A DNA stretch of 32,199 bases, from sequence record SRR31156797_5210, one strand, 5' to 3'. Positions 27,942 through 32,199 of this stretch are shown here, in pieces. Positions within the stretch are counted from its first letter, which is position 1. Each line of letters opens with the position of its first letter. The position numbers were made by a program, and so were the translations under genes. Under the pieces are notes generated by a model, which searched no databases, had not been told where the DNA came from, and worked only from the letters and a program-made list of their open reading frames with translations.

Positions 27942-29633
27942 ATGAAAATGACAGGAGCAGAAATCCTCGTAGAATCCATGCGCAAAGAGGGTGTAGACCT
28001 TCTCTTCGGCTATCCGGGCGGCGTTCTTCTCGGAATCTACGACACACTTTTTGACTCAGACATCAAACACATCCTGCCGAGACATGAGCAGGGTGGAATC
28101 CACGCAGCAGATGGATACGCAAGAGCAACTGGTAAAGTTGGCGTATGTTTTGGTACTTCAGGTCCTGGTGCTACAAACCTTGTGACAGGTATTTGTAACG
28201 CTCAGATGGACTCAGTTCCGCTCGTGGTTTTCACAGGTCAGGTCGCTACTAACCTCATCGGAGGAGACGCATTTCAGGAAGCTGACATTATCGGTATCAC
28301 AAGACCGGTAGTAAAGCACAGCTACCTTATATCTAACCCTGAAGAGATCACAACAGTTGTTAAAGAGGCTTTTCATATAGCTAAAACCGGACGTCCGGGA
28401 CCTGTTGTTATCGACCTTCCTAAGGACATCATGGCTCAGAAAGCTGAGTTTAAGTGGCCAAATAAAATCGATCTTCCCGGCTATAACCCTACAGTGAAAG
28501 GACACCTCGGTCAGATTAAAAAGACCCTGAGACTCCTTGAAGGGGCTAAAAAGCCTGTTATATATATGGGTGGAGGAGTAATACTCTCAAGCTCAAACGA
28601 AGAGATGACAAAGATTTCCGAGCTTACGGGCATACCGGTAATATCATCTTTTCTCGGTCAGGGTGGTATCCCTGGAACCCACGAAAACTACATCGGCTGG
28701 CTCGGTATGCATGGTAATTATGCATCCAACATGGCAATGGCAGAGCCGGACGTTATCCTCGCAGTAGGTACAAGATTCTCCGACAGATCAACTGGTCGTC
28801 TGGACGGATTCGCACCTAATGCTAAGATTGCACACATAGACGTTGACCCGTCATCTATAAGTAAGAACGTAAAAATAGATATCCCTATTGTGGGTGATTG
28901 TAATGTCGTTCTTAACCAGATGCTCAGCGAAATCGATAAATATAACTGGGACAAAAATATGTCAGCCAGAAAAGACTGGATGGCAAAGATCAAAGCTTGG
29001 GACGAAAAACACCCATTCGATTACGATCGTAAAGCGGACATCATCAAGCCTCAGTTTGTTGTTGAGTCTATCTACAAGGTTACTAAAGGTGACGCTATCA
29101 TCTGTACTGAAGTTGGACAGAACCAGATGTGGGCAGGTCAGTTTTATAAATATGATAAGCCTCGCCAGTTTGTTTCATCAGGCGGACTCGGAACTATGGG
29201 ATACGGATTTCCTGCGGCAATCGGAGCTAAGCTCGGCTGTCCTGACAGAGAGGTTTTCGATATCGCTGGTGACGGTTCCTTCATGATGAATATACAGGAG
29301 ATTTGTACTGCTGTTCAGTATAATGTTGCCGTTAAGGTAGCTATTTTGAACAACAAATATCTTGGAATGATACGTCAGTGGCAGAACATGTTTTTCAACA
29401 ACAGATACAGCGAGTGCTGTCTCGACTGCCAGCCTGATTTTGTTAAACTTGCGGAATCCTTTAACGCTGTCGGTATGCGTATCGAAAAGAAAGAGGATGT
29501 TGAAGGCGCTATCAGAGAATCACTTAAGATCAAAGATAAGCCTGTAATTATGGACTTCTGTGTGGATAGAGAGGAGAATGTTTTCCCTATGATCCCTGCA
29601 GGTGCCGCAGTTAACGAAATGCTGTTGAAGTAA
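27942..29633 (+). CDS. ilvB: Acetolactate synthase (AHAS) large subunit
   Basis: FGYPGG, RHEQG, TSGPGATN, FQEAD, GMHG, SGGLGTMGYG, TPP motif GDGSF...NN..LGMIRQWQ. Confidence 0.98.
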   Translation: MKMTGAEILVESMRKEGVDLLFGYPGGVLLGIYDTLFDSDIKHILPRHEQGGIHAADGYARATGKVGVCFGTSGPGATNLVTGICNAQMDSVPLVVFTGQVATNLIGGDAFQEADIIGITRPVVKHSYLISNPEEITTVVKEAFHIAKTGRPGPVVIDLPKDIMAQKAEFKWPNKIDLPGYNPTVKGHLGQIKKTLRLLEGAKKPVIYMGGGVILSSSNEEMTKISELTGIPVISSFLGQGGIPGTHENYIGWLGMHGNYASNMAMAEPDVILAVGTRFSDRSTGRLDGFAPNAKIAHIDVDPSSISKNVKIDIPIVGDCNVVLNQMLSEIDKYNWDKNMSARKDWMAKIKAWDEKHPFDYDRKADIIKPQFVVESIYKVTKGDAIICTEVGQNQMWAGQFYKYDKPRQFVSSGGLGTMGYGFPAAIGAKLGCPDREVFDIAGDGSFMMNIQEICTAVQYNVAVKVAILNNKYLGMIRQWQNMFFNNRYSECCLDCQPDFVKLAESFNAVGMRIEKKEDVEGAIRESLKIKDKPVIMDFCVDREENVFPMIPAGAAVNEMLLK

Positions 29634-29643
29634 GGAGGCAGAC

Positions 29644-30141
29644 ATGAGACACACTATTTCTGTACTTGTTGAAAACAAGTTTGGCGTACTTTCACGCATC
29701 TCCGGTCTTTTCAGCGGCAGGGGATACAACATCGAGTCACTCTCGGTTAATAAAACACTCGACCCTGATTTTTCTGTAATGACAATCGTTACCACTGGTG
29801 ACGACGCTGTTATTGAGCAGATTATTAAACAGCTTAGAAAGCTTGTGAATGTTCTTAAAGTTCGCGATGTGAGCCAGATGGAGCATATCGAGCGTGAGAT
29901 GATGCTGGTAAAAATCAGCACTCAGGCGAACACAAGATCAGAGCTTTTTAATATTATAAATACTTTCAGAGGCAAAACAATTGATATCACTAACAACTCA
30001 CTTGTGGTTGAGATCACAGGCGAGGGTGAAAAGCTGAAAGCCTTTATCAAGGTTGTTGAACCTTATGGTATTATAGAGATCGCTAGAACAGGCGCTATCG
30101 CTCTTTCAAGAGGTAGCAAACCGACCAGCGAATTCAAGTGA
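29644..30141 (+). CDS. ilvN: Acetolactate synthase small regulatory subunit
   Basis: ACT domain VENKFGVLSRISGLFS.RGYNIESL, EQIIKQL.KL, EIARTG. Confidence 0.97.
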   Translation: MRHTISVLVENKFGVLSRISGLFSGRGYNIESLSVNKTLDPDFSVMTIVTTGDDAVIEQIIKQLRKLVNVLKVRDVSQMEHIEREMMLVKISTQANTRSELFNIINTFRGKTIDITNNSLVVEITGEGEKLKAFIKVVEPYGIIEIARTGAIALSRGSKPTSEFK

Positions 30142-30258
30142 TAGCATCACAGGCGTGGTTGTTTGGTGAGTAACCAAGCCGGCATCCTCGCTTTACGGCA
30201 TCTGCTAGATGCCTGATAGATATTTAAATTTAGTATCAACATATATGGAGAAATTTTA

Positions 30259-31275
30259 ATGAAAATCTATTATGAGAAAGACACAAACCTCGAGCTTATC
30301 AAAACTAAAAAAGTAGCTGTTATCGGTTACGGAAGCCAGGGTTACGGTCACACAAACAACATGAAGGACTCAGGCGTAGATGTATGCGTTGCTCTTCGTG
30401 AGGGAAGCTCCAGCTGGGCAAAAGCTGAGGGCGCTGGTCTTAAAGTTATGGAAGTGAAGGAAGCTTGCAAATGGGCTGACTTTATCATGGTTCTCGCTCC
30501 TGACGAGTCTCAGGGTGATATCTATAAGGAAGCTATCGAAGAAGGTCTTGAGGAAGGAAACTACCTCGCTTTCGCACACGGTTTCAACATCCTTTTCAAC
30601 CAGATCGTTCCACCTGCGAACGTTAACGTTGTAATGATCGCACCTAAAGGTCCTGGTCATCTTGTTCGTGCTGAATATGAAAAAGGCGCTGGCGTTCCAT
30701 GCCTCATCGCTATTCATCAGGACTACACTGGCGATTCAAGAGATGTATCACTCTCTTACGCTAACGCTATCGGTGGCGCAAGAGCAGCTATCCTTGAGAC
30801 AACTTTCAAAGAAGAGACAGAAACTGACCTCTTCGGTGAGCAGGTTGTTCTTTGCGGTGGTCTCGCTCAGCTTATCCAGTACGGTTTCGAAACTCTTACT
30901 GAGGCTGGCTACGCACCTGAGATGGCTTACTACGAGTGTCTTCACGAGGTTAAGCTTATCGTTGACCTTATCTACGAAGGCGGAATCACTAACATGAGAT
31001 ACTCTATCTCTAACACAGCTCAGTACGGTGACCTCACAAGAGGCCCAAGAGTTATTACTCCTGACGTGAAAGAGAGAATGAAGCAGGTTCTTTACGAGAT
31101 CCAGTCTGGTCAGTTCGCTAATGAGTGGATGCTTGAGAACAAGGCTAACTGCCCTAACTTCAACGCACTTACAAGAATGGGCGCTGAGCACCCGATCGAA
31201 GAAGTTGGTCAGAAGCTTCGTGGTCTTATGAGCTGGCTCGACAAGGGCAAGATCGTAGACAAAAACAAAAACTAG
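30259..31275 (+). CDS. ilvC: Ketol-acid reductoisomerase (short, class I)
   Basis: [50 protein letters not shown]. Confidence 0.98.
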   Translation: MKIYYEKDTNLELIKTKKVAVIGYGSQGYGHTNNMKDSGVDVCVALREGSSSWAKAEGAGLKVMEVKEACKWADFIMVLAPDESQGDIYKEAIEEGLEEGNYLAFAHGFNILFNQIVPPANVNVVMIAPKGPGHLVRAEYEKGAGVPCLIAIHQDYTGDSRDVSLSYANAIGGARAAILETTFKEETETDLFGEQVVLCGGLAQLIQYGFETLTEAGYAPEMAYYECLHEVKLIVDLIYEGGITNMRYSISNTAQYGDLTRGPRVITPDVKERMKQVLYEIQSGQFANEWMLENKANCPNFNALTRMGAEHPIEEVGQKLRGLMSWLDKGKIVDKNKN

Positions 31276-31364
31276 GCGATATGATCGCCAACCACATTAG
31301 AGAGGGCACACTGTGTTTCCACTCTAATACGAGCCACGTTGTGACTCTGATATATGTTTAAACC

Positions 31365-31394
31365 AAAGGGGACTAGAAATAGTCCTCTTTTTTT
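31365..31394 (+). terminator. Intrinsic terminator after ilvC
   Basis: GGGGACTA-gaaa-TAGTCCTC stem followed by T7. Confidence 0.9.
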
Positions 31395-31480
31395 ATGGGT
31401 AAATATGCAGGGTGAAACGAGATGGTAAACGGGGTAAAAATAATCTCATAGTATTGTGATACGGGAGTGTTCCTGAGCAT

Positions 31481-31507
31481 AAAAAAAGGGGAGCGGATGC
31501 TCCCCTT
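31481..31507 (-). terminator. Intrinsic terminator of the lipoprotein gene
   Basis: GGGGAGC-4 nt-GCTCCCC stem preceded on + by A7 (U7 on minus), about 25 nt past the stop at 31531. Confidence 0.88.
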
Positions 31508-31530
31508 AGTTATTTAATTGTTGCTTGCGA

Positions 31531-32103
31531 CTATTTGGTGACAGATTTCACAAGTGAAAGGCTGTAAGCCTTATCGACAAATGAACCGTGCTCAGATGGG
31601 TGGTTTTTGTAAAGCCATCCGTCAAAGAAAACTTCGCCGAACTTATAAACCTTGATTTTAGCTACAGGGTTTTTCTCTTCAGCGGAGCGTGTAGTGATAG
31701 CACCGTCAGCATTGATAACGAAATCAGGAAGGTAATACTCAACCTCAATCTCAAAAGGAGTGCCGGTTACTTCTGATTTCTGACCGATGAGCACGTCAGT
31801 CTGAACTGAGCTGTTCTCCGGTACATTTTTAACCTCAAGGATGAGGCTTTTGTATTTTTCAGATACCTCTTTAGGTATGATGAATTTACGTTCTTTTTTT
31901 GCAACTGTGCCGTCACCGTGCGGATTATCGCCGTTAGGGTTCATATCGATCCCTGCGTGCGGATTAGCAGTATCACCGTGTGGGTTTGTCACTGTAGATT
32001 TCGTTGGTGCAGGAGCAGATTCAGTCTTATCTTCGTCCACAACACCTTGGGAGCAAGCTGCGAGAAACGCGGTCATTGCAAGGTAGATTAAAAGCTTTTT
32101 CAT
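31531..32103 (-). CDS. Lipoprotein, DUF2155-like C-terminal domain, with NPH repeats
   Basis: MKKLLIYLAMTAFLAAC lipobox (ATG 32103, SD GAGGG); C-terminal NP.AKI.V...GE..F.GWLY..HP..H resembles DUF2155 proteins by eye. Confidence 0.7.
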   Translation of the reverse strand: MKKLLIYLAMTAFLAACSQGVVDEDKTESAPAPTKSTVTNPHGDTANPHAGIDMNPNGDNPHGDGTVAKKERKFIIPKEVSEKYKSLILEVKNVPENSSVQTDVLIGQKSEVTGTPFEIEVEYYLPDFVINADGAITTRSAEEKNPVAKIKVYKFGEVFFDGWLYKNHPSEHGSFVDKAYSLSLVKSVTK

Positions 32104-32128
32104 TATATCCCTCAAACTACGTAATTAA

Positions 32129-32199
32129 CGGAGTGGGAGGGATTTGAACCCTCGATACGGTATAAGCCGTATACTCGCTTAGCAGGCGAGCGCCTTCAG
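32129..32199 (-). tRNA. tRNA-Ser(GCT), 5' end outside window
   Basis: Minus strand: anticodon arm CTCGC-ct GCT aa-GCGAG, long variable arm TACGG-cttata-CCGTA, T-arm GAGGG-TTCAAAT-CCCTC, acceptor 3' strand CCACTCC plus G discriminator; CCA not encoded. Confidence 0.96.

Overview
Bacterial chromosomal window. Protein style suggests an anaerobe of the Deferribacterota/Denitrovibrio type; this is inference and unverified. Bases 1-14602 hold the end of tuf and a contiguous S10-spc-alpha ribosomal protein superoperon (rpsJ to rplQ, with secY, adk, map, infA, rpoA), ending in an intrinsic terminator. rpmD (uL30) is absent from its usual place, and the ORF track misses rpmJ and mis-starts rpsN. Bases 14651-27628 are mixed: two Isf-like iron-sulfur flavoproteins, a membrane diguanylate cyclase, a ComFB-family protein, a tightly coupled gpsA-polA-(DUF484/GAF-GGDEF)-hisD operon, a secreted SNase-Excalibur protein, and a TPR-fapA(DUF342)-rseC-flavoprotein operon. 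Bases 27942-31275 are ilvB-ilvN-ilvC behind a long structured leader, followed by a DUF2155-like lipoprotein and a partial tRNA-Ser(GCT). The best candidate novel system is a c-di-GMP module: comFB with two intact cyclases and a nearby FapA/RseC redox operon. Other notable signals are putative leaderless genes and several unexplained structured intergenic elements. No CRISPR array, transposase or prophage was seen.
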